Below, in pieces: positions 21,781 to 31,381 of a stretch of 64,000 nt of DNA. Every line of letters begins with the position of its first letter. Position 1 is the first letter of the stretch. The DNA comes from an uncultured Bifidobacterium sp. (lineage in GTDB: Bacteria > Actinomycetota > Actinomycetes > Actinomycetales > Bifidobacteriaceae). A model generated the notes under the pieces. The model did not search any database and was not told where the DNA came from. It saw only the letters and a list, made by a program, of their open reading frames with translations. The DNA lies in the NCBI RefSeq assembly GCF_959020145.1, contig NZ_CAUEQY010000004.1, positions 13,433 to 77,432 of the forward strand, in the 5' to 3' direction. A program made the position numbers and the translations under genes.

Positions 21781-22812
21781 TCAGTCCCTTCTTCCTTGTC
21801 TGGTCATGCTTGCGTAATCCGCGCCTTGGTCGAACCGTTTGCGCCATCGTGCGGGAATCGGTCTGGTCAATTCCACCGCGCGCAATCTGACGGACGCCGA
21901 TCGTGGATTGTTGGCGATTTCCTCCGCGTCCGCCTTGATGGCGCCGCGGGTCAGTTCCTTGAAGAACGGCATCATGTCGGGCGGCACCACGGGCATATCC
22001 GCCGGAGCGTCGACCTTAAGCCCTTGGTTCATGAAGGCTTTGACGGTTTTGTCTTCCAACGAGTGGTACGACTCCACCACCAGACGTCCTCCCACTGCAA
22101 GGTGGTTGGCGATTTGCGGCAGCGTGCCGGCAAGCTTGTCCAGTTCGCCGTTGACTTCGATGCGCAGCGCCTGGAAGACGCGTTTCGCGGGGTTGCCGGC
22201 GGGACGGTGGGCCTGCGGCACGACCTCGTCCACCAAACGATTGAGCTGGCCCGACGTGGTCAGCGGCTCGGTTTCACGCCGGCGTACGATTTCCCGTGCG
22301 ATCTGCTTGGAGAACCGCTCCTCGCCGTATGTGCGGAAGATACGCACCAAATCGGCGAACGAATATTCGGCGAGCACCTGCTCTGCGGTCAGGGGCTGCG
22401 TCACGTCCATACGCATGTCGAGCGGCGCGTCATGGGAATAGGAGAAGCCACGTTCCGTCTCATCGATCTGCAGGCTGGACAATCCGAGGTCCATGAACAC
22501 CGCGTTGACCTTGTCGACGCCTTGGTCGGAAAGCACTTGGGAGAAGTCGTCGAATGCCGCGTGCACGGGCGTGAAACGGTCGGCAAGGCCTTCCATTTCC
22601 ATGCGTTTCGTGGCGAGCGCGAGCGCCTCGGTGTCCCGGTCGATGCCGATCAGGCGGGCGTTGGGGCTTGCTTTGAGGAACGCTGTGGAATGCCCGGCGA
22701 GGCCGAGTGTGCAATCCACCGCGATCGAGCCGGGCTTCGCCAATGCCGGTGCCACCAGGTCCACGCAATCGCGGAGCAGCACCGGCTGATGAATCGTCGT
22801 CACGTCTGTCAT
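21781..22812 (-). CDS. rsmH: 16S rRNA m4C1402 methyltransferase
   Basis: HQPVLL, DCTLGLAGH, DLGLSSLQID, FQALRIEVNGE, SYHSLED. Confidence 0.97.
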   Translation of the reverse strand: MTDVTTIHQPVLLRDCVDLVAPALAKPGSIAVDCTLGLAGHSTAFLKASPNARLIGIDRDTEALALATKRMEMEGLADRFTPVHAAFDDFSQVLSDQGVDKVNAVFMDLGLSSLQIDETERGFSYSHDAPLDMRMDVTQPLTAEQVLAEYSFADLVRIFRTYGEERFSKQIAREIVRRRETEPLTTSGQLNRLVDEVVPQAHRPAGNPAKRVFQALRIEVNGELDKLAGTLPQIANHLAVGGRLVVESYHSLEDKTVKAFMNQGLKVDAPADMPVVPPDMMPFFKELTRGAIKADAEEIANNPRSASVRLRAVELTRPIPARWRKRFDQGADYASMTRQGRRD

Positions 22813-23327
22813 TAGAACTCCATCGCCGGCAATACGTCATCGGCAATGTCGGAATATCCTTGTTCCTTGTCGGCCAAGTAATCCTCCCATGCCTGTCTGT
22901 TCCAAATCTCGGCCCGGGTTCCCACGCCGATCACCACAATGTCGCTGCCCAGATTCGCGTAATCGCGGAGCATCTGCGGCACAAGCACACGTCCTTGCTT
23001 GTCTGGCTCCTGGTCGACCGCGCCGGAAAGGAACACACGCAGGTAGTCGCGTGCCGCCTTGTTTCCCATGGACGTGCGTTGGATCTGCACCGCGATCCGT
23101 CTGAATTCCGATTGCGGCAGCAGGTAGACGCATCGTTCCTGGCCTCTTGCCATCACCATGCCGGAGCCCAGTTGGCTGCGGAACTTCGCAGGCAATGCCA
23201 TACGTCCTTTGGCGTCGATTTTCGGAGTGTAGGTGCCCAGCAGCAATGGCGGCAAGTCCGCCATCATGCCGCCGGATTGAGCCGGGTCATCGTCGGAGAC
23301 GGATTCTGTTCCAATGTCATGGACCAT
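22812..23327 (-). CDS. mraZ: Division/cell wall cluster transcriptional repressor MraZ
   Basis: Two DxKGR motifs (IDAKGRMALP, DKQGRVLVP). AGGAGG RBS. Confidence 0.96.
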   Translation of the reverse strand: MVHDIGTESVSDDDPAQSGGMMADLPPLLLGTYTPKIDAKGRMALPAKFRSQLGSGMVMARGQERCVYLLPQSEFRRIAVQIQRTSMGNKAARDYLRVFLSGAVDQEPDKQGRVLVPQMLRDYANLGSDIVVIGVGTRAEIWNRQAWEDYLADKEQGYSDIADDVLPAMEF

Positions 23328-23345
23328 TACCGCACCTCCTTTTTG

Positions 23346-23413
23346 CCCACACTCGGCCCACCAATCCGAGACACTTTCCCCACTCTACCCCACTGCTCAC
23401 CATTTTTCCCCAC
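23346..23413 (-). promoter_or_regulatory. MraZ-binding direct repeats
   Basis: GTGGG on the minus strand at 23379, 23389 and 23409 (degenerate at 23399), a 10-bp period. Extra copies at 23346 and 23357. Confidence 0.7.
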
Positions 23414-23587
23414 GAAAAAGCAAAAATGCCTCAAAATATTGTCGATTTCTCCCCATATTTGAGATTGCGCGTCCGCACCGTACAGTTCCGTCGCTGTCAG
23501 ACCGTCGCGATTCGCCGCGATCACTCGCCGCTCGTAGAAGCCTTGGGGTACATTAGAGTGCCTTAAGTTTTTGATGAAGGGACAGCA

Positions 23588-25867
23588 ATGTCGAGTTATT
23601 CCGCCCAGTTGCGTGAGGAGCAACAGGCCGTCAGCCGCGCATATGATCGTCTGGACGCGTTGAGGGCGCAGGCTCGGTCGCGTCTCGACACGGTCCGGGC
23701 CGCAGGATCGCACGGTTCGCCCACGCAACGCACCGAACGCGATTCCTTCGCCACCATGTACGAGGACCGTCTCACCCAGCTTCGTGCGGTGGAGGATCGT
23801 CTGGTTTTCGGCAGGCTCGACGACGTGCATGGCGCGCATCGCTACATTGGGCGTATCGGCCTGTCCGATGAGGATCATGAGCCGATTCTCACCGACTGGC
23901 GTGCCGACGCGGCACGCCCGTTCTATGAGGCGACGCCTTCGAATCATGGCGACATCGTCATGCGCCGGCATATCACGTTGAGTTTCCGGGAAGTGGTCGG
24001 CGTCGAGGATGAGGTGCTCGACGTGCATTCCGATCAGGTCGGCGAGGCGTCCTCCAATGGCACATTGACCGGCGAGGGTGCTCTGCTTGCGTCGCTTAAC
24101 GCCAAACGCACCGGCAAGATGACCGATATCGTGGCCACCATCCAGGGCGAGCAGGACCGTATCATCCGTGCGGACCTCAACCAGGCGGTGGTGGTGCAGG
24201 GCGGTCCGGGAACCGGCAAAACCGCGGTCGCGTTGCATCGCGCGGCCTACCTGTTGTATACGCATCGTCGCGCGTTGCAGCGTTCCGGAGTGCTGGTGGT
24301 CGGCCCCAGCTCGACGTTCCTGCATTACATCGACCAGGTGCTCCCCTCGCTGGGTGAGACGGGTGTGGTCAGCCGTACCATCGCGGATCTGATTCCCGGC
24401 ATCATCGCCACCGCGCATGACGACCCGTATGCGGCCAAGCTCAAGGGTGAACGCCGTATGGCCAAGGCGATCGCCAATGCCGTGGCGGCTCGTGAACGCG
24501 TGCCTTCGCATCTGCCGGTCATCCGCATCAACGGTTTCAACGTGCCGATGGTGCGTGCGGATATCGAGCAGGCCATCGCCGATGCCAAGCGCACGCGGCA
24601 GCCGCATAACAAGGCGCGCGAGACCTTCGTGCGCGACATGCTGTCGGCCATGCGCAACCGGTACGTCGAACGGCTTGACTACGAGCCGGAGCAGGCCGAG
24701 CTTAACGATGTGATGCAGCAGTTGCGTATGAACGACGATTTGTGCAAGACGCTGAACCTCGCATGGCTGCCGATGACCGGCGAATGGCTGGTCGACCAGC
24801 TGTTCGCGAAACCGCAGCAATTGCGCCGTTTCGCCCCCTGGCTCGAAGAGCGTGACATCGAGACGCTGACGCGTCCGAAGGGCTCGCCCTTCACCGTCAG
24901 CGACGTACCTCTGCTGGATGAGGCCATGGAATTGCTTGGACCGGATCCGAAGGCCGTGGCCAGGCAGAAGGCGTTGGATGCCAAGCGCGCCGAGGAAGAG
25001 CAGTTCGCCAAGGACACGCTGGCGCAGGCCGGTATCGGTTCCGGCATCGTCACTTCGCAGATGCTGGTGGACAATATCAATGGCATGGACGCCGAATTGA
25101 CCGCGCAGCGCGCCGCGGCCGACCGCGAGTGGACGTATGGCCATATCGTGGTGGATGAGGCGCAGGAGCTGACCGCGATGGATTGGCGCATGCTGATCCG
25201 TCGTTGTCCGTCGCGCTCGTTCACGATTGTGGGCGACGTGGCGCAGACCTCCGCGTTGGGCGGCACCCGGTCCTGGCGTCGCATGATGGATCCGCTGTTC
25301 GGCGAACGCAACTGGCAGCTCAACGAGTTGACGATCAACTACCGCAATCCGAAGGAGGTGTCACAGCTCGCCAGCGATTTCGCCTCGTCCGAAGGCCTGT
25401 ACATCTCCACGGTGAACGCCGTGCGTGGCGTCCCGGATTCAGTCAAGCGTCTCACCTTGCGTGACGATAGCCTGATCGGCGACGCCGTCGCGCAGCAGAC
25501 CGTCGAGTTGGTGCGCGCCTACGTTTCCTCCGACGGTACCGGTCGTGTGGCGATCATCGCGCCGGACGATATGCTCAAGCCGTTGCGCGCACGCGTATAC
25601 GCACAACTTCAGGATGAGCTCGACCCGAAGGAATTCGACAGGCTCGATGCCCAGAGTTCCTGGGACGAGCAGGTCACCGTATGTTCCACACAGACCGTGA
25701 AGGGTCTGGAGTATGATGCCGTGATGGTGGTCCAGCCCGGACGAATCGAGGAGAACGCGCCGTCGCGTATCGTAGCGGCCTCCGATTTGTATGTCGCCAT
25801 GACGAGGCCCACGCAGCGTCTGCTTATACTGCGGACAAAAGACGACGAAAAGCTGCTCAAGCTATAA
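23588..25867 (+). CDS. helD: HelD-family RNA polymerase-associated SF1 helicase-like ATPase
   Basis: FGRLD, YIGRIG, DWRA, DIVATIQGEQD, GGPGTGKT, VDEAQE, GDVAQ, NYR, KGLEYD, YVAMTR. Confidence 0.85.
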   Translation: MSSYSAQLREEQQAVSRAYDRLDALRAQARSRLDTVRAAGSHGSPTQRTERDSFATMYEDRLTQLRAVEDRLVFGRLDDVHGAHRYIGRIGLSDEDHEPILTDWRADAARPFYEATPSNHGDIVMRRHITLSFREVVGVEDEVLDVHSDQVGEASSNGTLTGEGALLASLNAKRTGKMTDIVATIQGEQDRIIRADLNQAVVVQGGPGTGKTAVALHRAAYLLYTHRRALQRSGVLVVGPSSTFLHYIDQVLPSLGETGVVSRTIADLIPGIIATAHDDPYAAKLKGERRMAKAIANAVAARERVPSHLPVIRINGFNVPMVRADIEQAIADAKRTRQPHNKARETFVRDMLSAMRNRYVERLDYEPEQAELNDVMQQLRMNDDLCKTLNLAWLPMTGEWLVDQLFAKPQQLRRFAPWLEERDIETLTRPKGSPFTVSDVPLLDEAMELLGPDPKAVARQKALDAKRAEEEQFAKDTLAQAGIGSGIVTSQMLVDNINGMDAELTAQRAAADREWTYGHIVVDEAQELTAMDWRMLIRRCPSRSFTIVGDVAQTSALGGTRSWRRMMDPLFGERNWQLNELTINYRNPKEVSQLASDFASSEGLYISTVNAVRGVPDSVKRLTLRDDSLIGDAVAQQTVELVRAYVSSDGTGRVAIIAPDDMLKPLRARVYAQLQDELDPKEFDRLDAQSSWDEQVTVCSTQTVKGLEYDAVMVVQPGRIEENAPSRIVAASDLYVAMTRPTQRLLILRTKDDEKLLKL

Positions 25868-25877
25868 GGTAGGAACC

Positions 25878-27077
25878 ATGCCTAAAGCATTGTTACTTGA
25901 AAACATCCATCCCGACGCGGCGCAGTCGCTGCGCGACCATGGCTTCGAGGTCGAGTGCCTCAAGGGAGCCCTGAGCGAGGACGAGCTGATTGATGCGTTG
26001 GAAGGTGTCGACCTGCTCGGCATCCGTTCCAAGACCAGTGTGACCCGCAAGGTCATCGACGCGCGTCCGACGCTCACCGCGGTCGGCTGCTTCTGCATTG
26101 GCACCAACCAGGTGGATCTCGAATACGCGGGCAAGAACGGCATCGCCGTCTTCAACGCGCCGTATTCGAATACCCGTTCCGTGGTGGAGCTGGTGATCGG
26201 CGACATCATCTGCCTGATGCGCCGCATTCCCGCGCACACCCATCATATGAAGCACGGCATGTGGGATAAGTCCGCCTCCGGCTCCCATGAGGTCCGAGGC
26301 AAGACGCTCGGCATCATCGGCTACGGCAACATCGGCTCCCAGCTTTCCGTCGTCGCCGAGGCGCTTGGCATGCGCGTGCTGTTCTACGACATTGAAGAGA
26401 AGCTCGCCATGGGCAACGCCCACCGTTGCGACACGCTCAACGAATTGCTGGAACAGTCCGATGTGGTCACGCTTCATGTGGATGGACGCAAGTCGAACAC
26501 GGGATTCTTCGGCGAAGACCAGTTCGAGCATATGAAGCAGGATGCCATCTTCATCAACCTGTCCCGTGGTTTCGTGGCGGATTTGGATGCGTTGAAGAAG
26601 CATCTGGATTCCGGCCATCTGTCCGGCGCGGCGGTGGACGTGTTCCCAATCGAACCGAAGAAGACCGGCGACGAGTTCCTGACCGACCTTGCGGACGAGG
26701 ACAACATGATCCTCACCCCGCATATCGGCGGCTCCACGCTTGAGGCGCAGAAGTCCATCGGACAGTTCGTCTCCCAGCGTCTTGAGGATTATTGGTTCAA
26801 GGGTTCCACCATGTTGTCGGTGAATCTGCCGCAGATCACCCTGTCCGACATCAAGTCGAATTTCCGCATCGCCCACCTGCATGCGAATCTTCCGGGTGTG
26901 CTGGCACGCGTCAACCGTGTGCTGGGCGAGGACGGCATCAACATCGCCGCCCAGGCCTTGGGCACGGAAGGCGAGATCGGCTATGTGGTCACCGATGTGG
27001 CACAGCGCCCGGACCAGAGGGCTCTCGACCAGCTCGCCTCCATCGAGGGTACGATCCGCATGCGCGTGATCAGCTGA
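25878..27077 (+). CDS. serA: D-3-phosphoglycerate dehydrogenase with ACT domain
   Basis: GCFCIGTNQVD, NAPYSNTRSV, GIIGYGNIG, TPHIGGST, C-terminal ACT. Confidence 0.95.
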   Translation: MPKALLLENIHPDAAQSLRDHGFEVECLKGALSEDELIDALEGVDLLGIRSKTSVTRKVIDARPTLTAVGCFCIGTNQVDLEYAGKNGIAVFNAPYSNTRSVVELVIGDIICLMRRIPAHTHHMKHGMWDKSASGSHEVRGKTLGIIGYGNIGSQLSVVAEALGMRVLFYDIEEKLAMGNAHRCDTLNELLEQSDVVTLHVDGRKSNTGFFGEDQFEHMKQDAIFINLSRGFVADLDALKKHLDSGHLSGAAVDVFPIEPKKTGDEFLTDLADEDNMILTPHIGGSTLEAQKSIGQFVSQRLEDYWFKGSTMLSVNLPQITLSDIKSNFRIAHLHANLPGVLARVNRVLGEDGINIAAQALGTEGEIGYVVTDVAQRPDQRALDQLASIEGTIRMRVIS

Positions 27078-27099
27078 GCACGCAATACGAAACGTTACG

Positions 27100-27150
27100 A
27101 TAATGCGGGCGGGGTTCCAACCATCAGGATTGGAACCCCGCCCGCATTAT
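27100..27150. terminator. Long hairpin between convergent serA and nrdR
   Basis: Perfect 21-bp stem ATAATGCGGGCGGGGTTCCAA / TTGGAACCCCGCCCGCATTAT with a 9-nt loop. Confidence 0.8.
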
Positions 27151-27193
27151 ATATGCTGTATTTGCTTACGGATGCGGCACCCGTCTCACACCA

Positions 27194-27646
27194 TCATTCG
27201 GAACTTGCGCCCTTCAGCTCGTCGATGGCCCTTTGGAAGTCCTCCAGATTCTCGAAATTCTGGTAGACGCTGGCGAAGCGCATGTACGCCACCATGTCCA
27301 AGTCACGCAGCGGCTTGAGAATCGCCTTGCCGACCTCATCAGATTTGACTTGGGCCAATCCTCGTGAACGAAGATCTTCCTCGACCTTCTGCCCCAGCAT
27401 CTTCAGATCGTCCTCGTTGATGGGACGGCCCTGGCATGCCTTGCGCACGCCGGAAATCACCTTATTGCGGTCGAATTGCTCGACGTTTCCGGAACGCTTC
27501 ACGACCAATAGCATGGTCGTCTCCAATGTGGTGAATCGCTTGGAGCATTTCGGGCATTCGCGCCTGCGACGGATGGAGTGACCATCGTCGCTAATACGGG
27601 TATCGACCACCTTGGTGTCTGGATTCTGGCAAAACGGGCAATGCAT
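27194..27646 (-). CDS. nrdR: Transcriptional repressor NrdR
   Basis: [25 protein letters not shown] cone, AYMRFASVY. Confidence 0.97.
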   Translation of the reverse strand: MHCPFCQNPDTKVVDTRISDDGHSIRRRRECPKCSKRFTTLETTMLLVVKRSGNVEQFDRNKVISGVRKACQGRPINEDDLKMLGQKVEEDLRSRGLAQVKSDEVGKAILKPLRDLDMVAYMRFASVYQNFENLEDFQRAIDELKGASSE

Positions 27647-27695
27647 GTTGTCCAGAATAGACTGAGCCCTTGAAATAAGCCACGCTTGGCGGCCC

Positions 27696-28001
27696 CTACG
27701 CCTCATGGGGAACAATGAGGCGCTGCCCCGCATGCAAAGACACCGTATCAAGGTTGTTCAGCCGCATCAGTTCATCCACCGTATCTCCGACATTGCCACC
27801 CTCCGGAGTGATGCTCGCCGCATACCTCCACAAGGTGTCGCCGGGTTGCACCGTATACACGGCGACAGCGGTGGAATCCGGCGCGGACTGCGCACTTCCG
27901 GGCGCGATGAATCCAAAAAGACACCAGGCAAGACCGGCCGCCATGATCGCCATGGCGATTCGATTTGCCACATTTCCGATATTCGCCGCACCGTTCACCA
28001 C
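27696..28001 (-). CDS. Membrane-anchored LysM protein, probable SOS cell-division inhibitor (YneA/ChiZ-like)
   Basis: TM followed by LysM ([10 protein letters not shown]...LNNL...[10 protein letters not shown]). Divergent from lexA, with SOS boxes between. Confidence 0.8.
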   Translation of the reverse strand: MVNGAANIGNVANRIAMAIMAAGLAWCLFGFIAPGSAQSAPDSTAVAVYTVQPGDTLWRYAASITPEGGNVGDTVDELMRLNNLDTVSLHAGQRLIVPHEA

Positions 28002-28014
28002 GCCACTCCTTTTC

Positions 28015-28094
28015 GAACAGCTGTTCTATCGAACGCTTGTTCCAAGTATGGCACATATGTTCGATAAACGCAAACACACCTCGAACAGATGTTT
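28015..28094. promoter_or_regulatory. Four LexA (SOS) boxes
   Basis: GAAC-N4-GTTY at 28015-28026, 28031-28042, 28051-28062 (GCAC variant) and 28083-28094. Confidence 0.85.
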
Positions 28095-28148
28095 GATTTT
28101 ATCGGCGTTTCGCGTTATGCTTCTAAGGAACTACGAAAGGAGCCCATC

Positions 28149-28862
28149 GTGAGCACCATCCCCTTCACGCCCAAGAAGAGCGACGAGCGTCCGGATGAAA
28201 GCACGTTGACCGACCGCCAGCGCAAGGTGCTTGACGCCATCAAAACGCATTTGGCCAAGCAGGGATTCGCTCCTTCGTTCCGTGAGATTGGTGAGGCCGC
28301 AGGGCTTAAAAGCCCGTCATCCGTCAAACACCAGCTTCAGGTTCTTGACGAAAAAGGCTTCATCCGCATGAACGCGAACAAGGGGAGGGCCATCGAAGTG
28401 GTGAACCTCAATGACGAGGAGCCGAATGGAAAAGTCGCCCAGGTCATCCCGTTCCCCAGTCAGGACGACGCATGCGGCTCCATCATGGCCTCGCATGACG
28501 TTCCACTGGTCGGGCGCATCGCCGCCGGCGTGCCGATCACGGCCGAGCAGCATGTCGATGATGTGATGAGGCTTCCCGAACGGCTTACCGGCACCGGCAA
28601 TCTGTTCATGCTTGAAGTGCACGGTGATTCCATGATCGACGCCGCCATTTGCGATGGTGATTTCGTGGTGGTCCGCGAGCAGAACAGCGCGGAGAATGGC
28701 GATATCGTCGCCGCATTGCTGGATGACGAGGCCACGGTCAAGACGTTCCGCAAGGATCACGGCCATGTCTGGCTGATTCCGCACAATCCGGCCTACTCCC
28801 CCATCGACGGCACGCATGCCGAGATCATGGGCAAGGTCGTCACCGTGCTGCGCAAGATCTGA
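28149..28862 (+). CDS. lexA: SOS repressor LexA
   Basis: LTDRQ, PSFREIG, cleavage site IAAG, GDSM, EATVK. GTG start after GAAAGGAG. Confidence 0.97.
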   Translation: MSTIPFTPKKSDERPDESTLTDRQRKVLDAIKTHLAKQGFAPSFREIGEAAGLKSPSSVKHQLQVLDEKGFIRMNANKGRAIEVVNLNDEEPNGKVAQVIPFPSQDDACGSIMASHDVPLVGRIAAGVPITAEQHVDDVMRLPERLTGTGNLFMLEVHGDSMIDAAICDGDFVVVREQNSAENGDIVAALLDDEATVKTFRKDHGHVWLIPHNPAYSPIDGTHAEIMGKVVTVLRKI

Positions 28863-28881
28863 TTGCTTTCACACGTTAAAC

Positions 28882-28932
28882 GGCAAAGGGCGTCGAACAT
28901 ACCATTTTGAGGCATGTCCGACGCCCTTTGCC
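28882..28932. terminator. Hairpin between convergent lexA and the CDF gene
   Basis: GGCAAAGGGCGTCGAACAT / ATGTCCGACGCCCTTTGCC, 18/19 match. Confidence 0.65.
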
Positions 28933-29041
28933 ATACCCTTTGCCATACCGCGCGGTTGTGCATTCACCTTGCGAATCCATCAAGAATGAACGCGAGGGCA
29001 TTTCAAAATGTCGTCGCATTCTTGAAGTTCGGGAGCACGGT

Positions 29042-29983
29042 TCAGGAATGCAGTTCCTTGCGGCTGTCCGAATCGTATCCTTCAGGTTCAAGCTGGAAGG
29101 TGGTGTGCGGCACGGATACGGGGAAGTGCTCACGCAGGCAGTTCTGCAATTGGGAGAGGATGTCGGCGGCATCATCCATGGTCAGCCCGCGCTCCACTAC
29201 CACATGGGCCATGACGACGGGCATGCCGGTAGAGACGGTGCTGGCGTGCAGGTCGTGCACGGCCACCACGTGCGGCACCTGCTCAAGATGTTCGCGCACC
29301 TCGTCCAGATCGAGTTCCTGTGGGGTTTCCTCCAGCAGCACGCGCACGGCGTTGCGCAGCAGCACGAACGCCCGGGGGATCATCATCAATGCGATGATGC
29401 CGCCCGCGACGGCATCGAAGCCGACCCAGCCCGTTGAGATCAGCACGATGGCTGAAACGATCACGGCCACGGACCCCAATGCGTCGTTCATGACTTCGAG
29501 GAACGCGGCTTTCATGTTCATGTTGTCCTCGCTTTGCCCCGCGAGGATGAAGATCGAACCGACGTTGGCGGCAAGGCCGAGTATGCCCATGAACAGCAGC
29601 AACCGCACGTCGTGCACTTCGTCGGCGGCTCCGCCGAACAGCCTCATGCCGGCTTCGACGAGCGCGTAGATGCCGACGATCAGGAGCACGAGCGCGCCGA
29701 CCGCGGCGGTGAGCACTTCGAGTCGCGCCCATCCCCAGGTGCGTTTGTTGCTAGGTTTGCGTTGCATGAGCACCGCGGTGACGGTGGAGGCGATCAGCAC
29801 CGACATGTCGGTGAGCATGTGGCCGGCGTCGACCAGCAGCGCCAGCGATCCGGTGACGATGGCGCTGACCACTTCGGCGATGAACACCGTGGAAGTCAGC
29901 CCCAATGACATCATGAGTCTTTTCTGGTGTTCGGCCCCGCTTGCGGCGGTCGTGGCGTCCACACCCGCATGGCTGTGTGCCAT
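29042..29983 (-). CDS. Cation diffusion facilitator (Zn/Co/Cd efflux, CzcD/ZitB-like)
   Basis: SLALLVDAGHMLTD, TWGWARLE, NMKAAFLEVMNDALGS, HDLH, HTTFQLE. Confidence 0.92.
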   Translation of the reverse strand: MAHSHAGVDATTAASGAEHQKRLMMSLGLTSTVFIAEVVSAIVTGSLALLVDAGHMLTDMSVLIASTVTAVLMQRKPSNKRTWGWARLEVLTAAVGALVLLIVGIYALVEAGMRLFGGAADEVHDVRLLLFMGILGLAANVGSIFILAGQSEDNMNMKAAFLEVMNDALGSVAVIVSAIVLISTGWVGFDAVAGGIIALMMIPRAFVLLRNAVRVLLEETPQELDLDEVREHLEQVPHVVAVHDLHASTVSTGMPVVMAHVVVERGLTMDDAADILSQLQNCLREHFPVSVPHTTFQLEPEGYDSDSRKELHS

Positions 29984-30022
29984 GATGGGTTTCCTTTCGT
30001 CGTCTTTGGTTCGATCCGCGGC

Positions 30023-30043
30023 TATTGAAACCGCTTCTCAATA
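30023..30043. promoter_or_regulatory. Putative Zur box
   Basis: TATTGAAACCGCTTCTCAATA, a 21-bp imperfect palindrome resembling the actinobacterial Zur consensus TATTGAAAATNATTTTCAATA, 40 bp upstream of the CDF start. Confidence 0.6.
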
Positions 30044-30060
30044 CCATTTTCATTCGTCTC

Positions 30061-30098
30061 AAAACGCAGGAAACCCCAGTCCGAAGGCTGGGGTTTCC
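30061..30098 (-). terminator. ldh terminator
   Basis: GGAAACCCCAG / CTGGGGTTTCC stem followed by TGCGTTTT on the minus strand. Confidence 0.75.
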
Positions 30099-30157
30099 AA
30101 GTTCTGCTGACAGTCTAGCGGCTCACCGCTCCCCTGTCAATAAAGTCAAACCGTCAA

Positions 30158-31195
<1,038 letters not shown>

Positions 31196-31272
31196 TTATC
31201 CATACAGCATGACGTTTCGCCGTGAATCCGCATGATTTGCAACCACTGAAAAGTGATTTTCGTCACAGCTTT

Positions 31273-31286
31273 TGTGAGCGCTCACA
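31273..31286. promoter_or_regulatory. LacI-family (AraQ-type) operator upstream of ldh
   Basis: Perfect palindrome TGTGAGCGCTCACA, matching the bifidobacterial AraQ consensus. Confidence 0.75.
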
Positions 31287-31381
31287 TACACTGCGCCCGT
31301 TGAAATGCAGCTGTTGCAATCCGTTGCAGCGTTTGCACGGCCGCTCCGGTAAACGTCATCGGGAACGGCTTGCGCGGAAGC

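Noticed and set aside
23520..23587. Rifamycin-associated element upstream of helD (HelR-type)
   Set aside because: Only a GCCTTG fragment is present; no complete inverted repeat.
28924..28947. 12-bp tandem duplication CCCTTTGCCATA
   Set aside because: Simple slippage at a hairpin arm; no sign of function or of an insertion.
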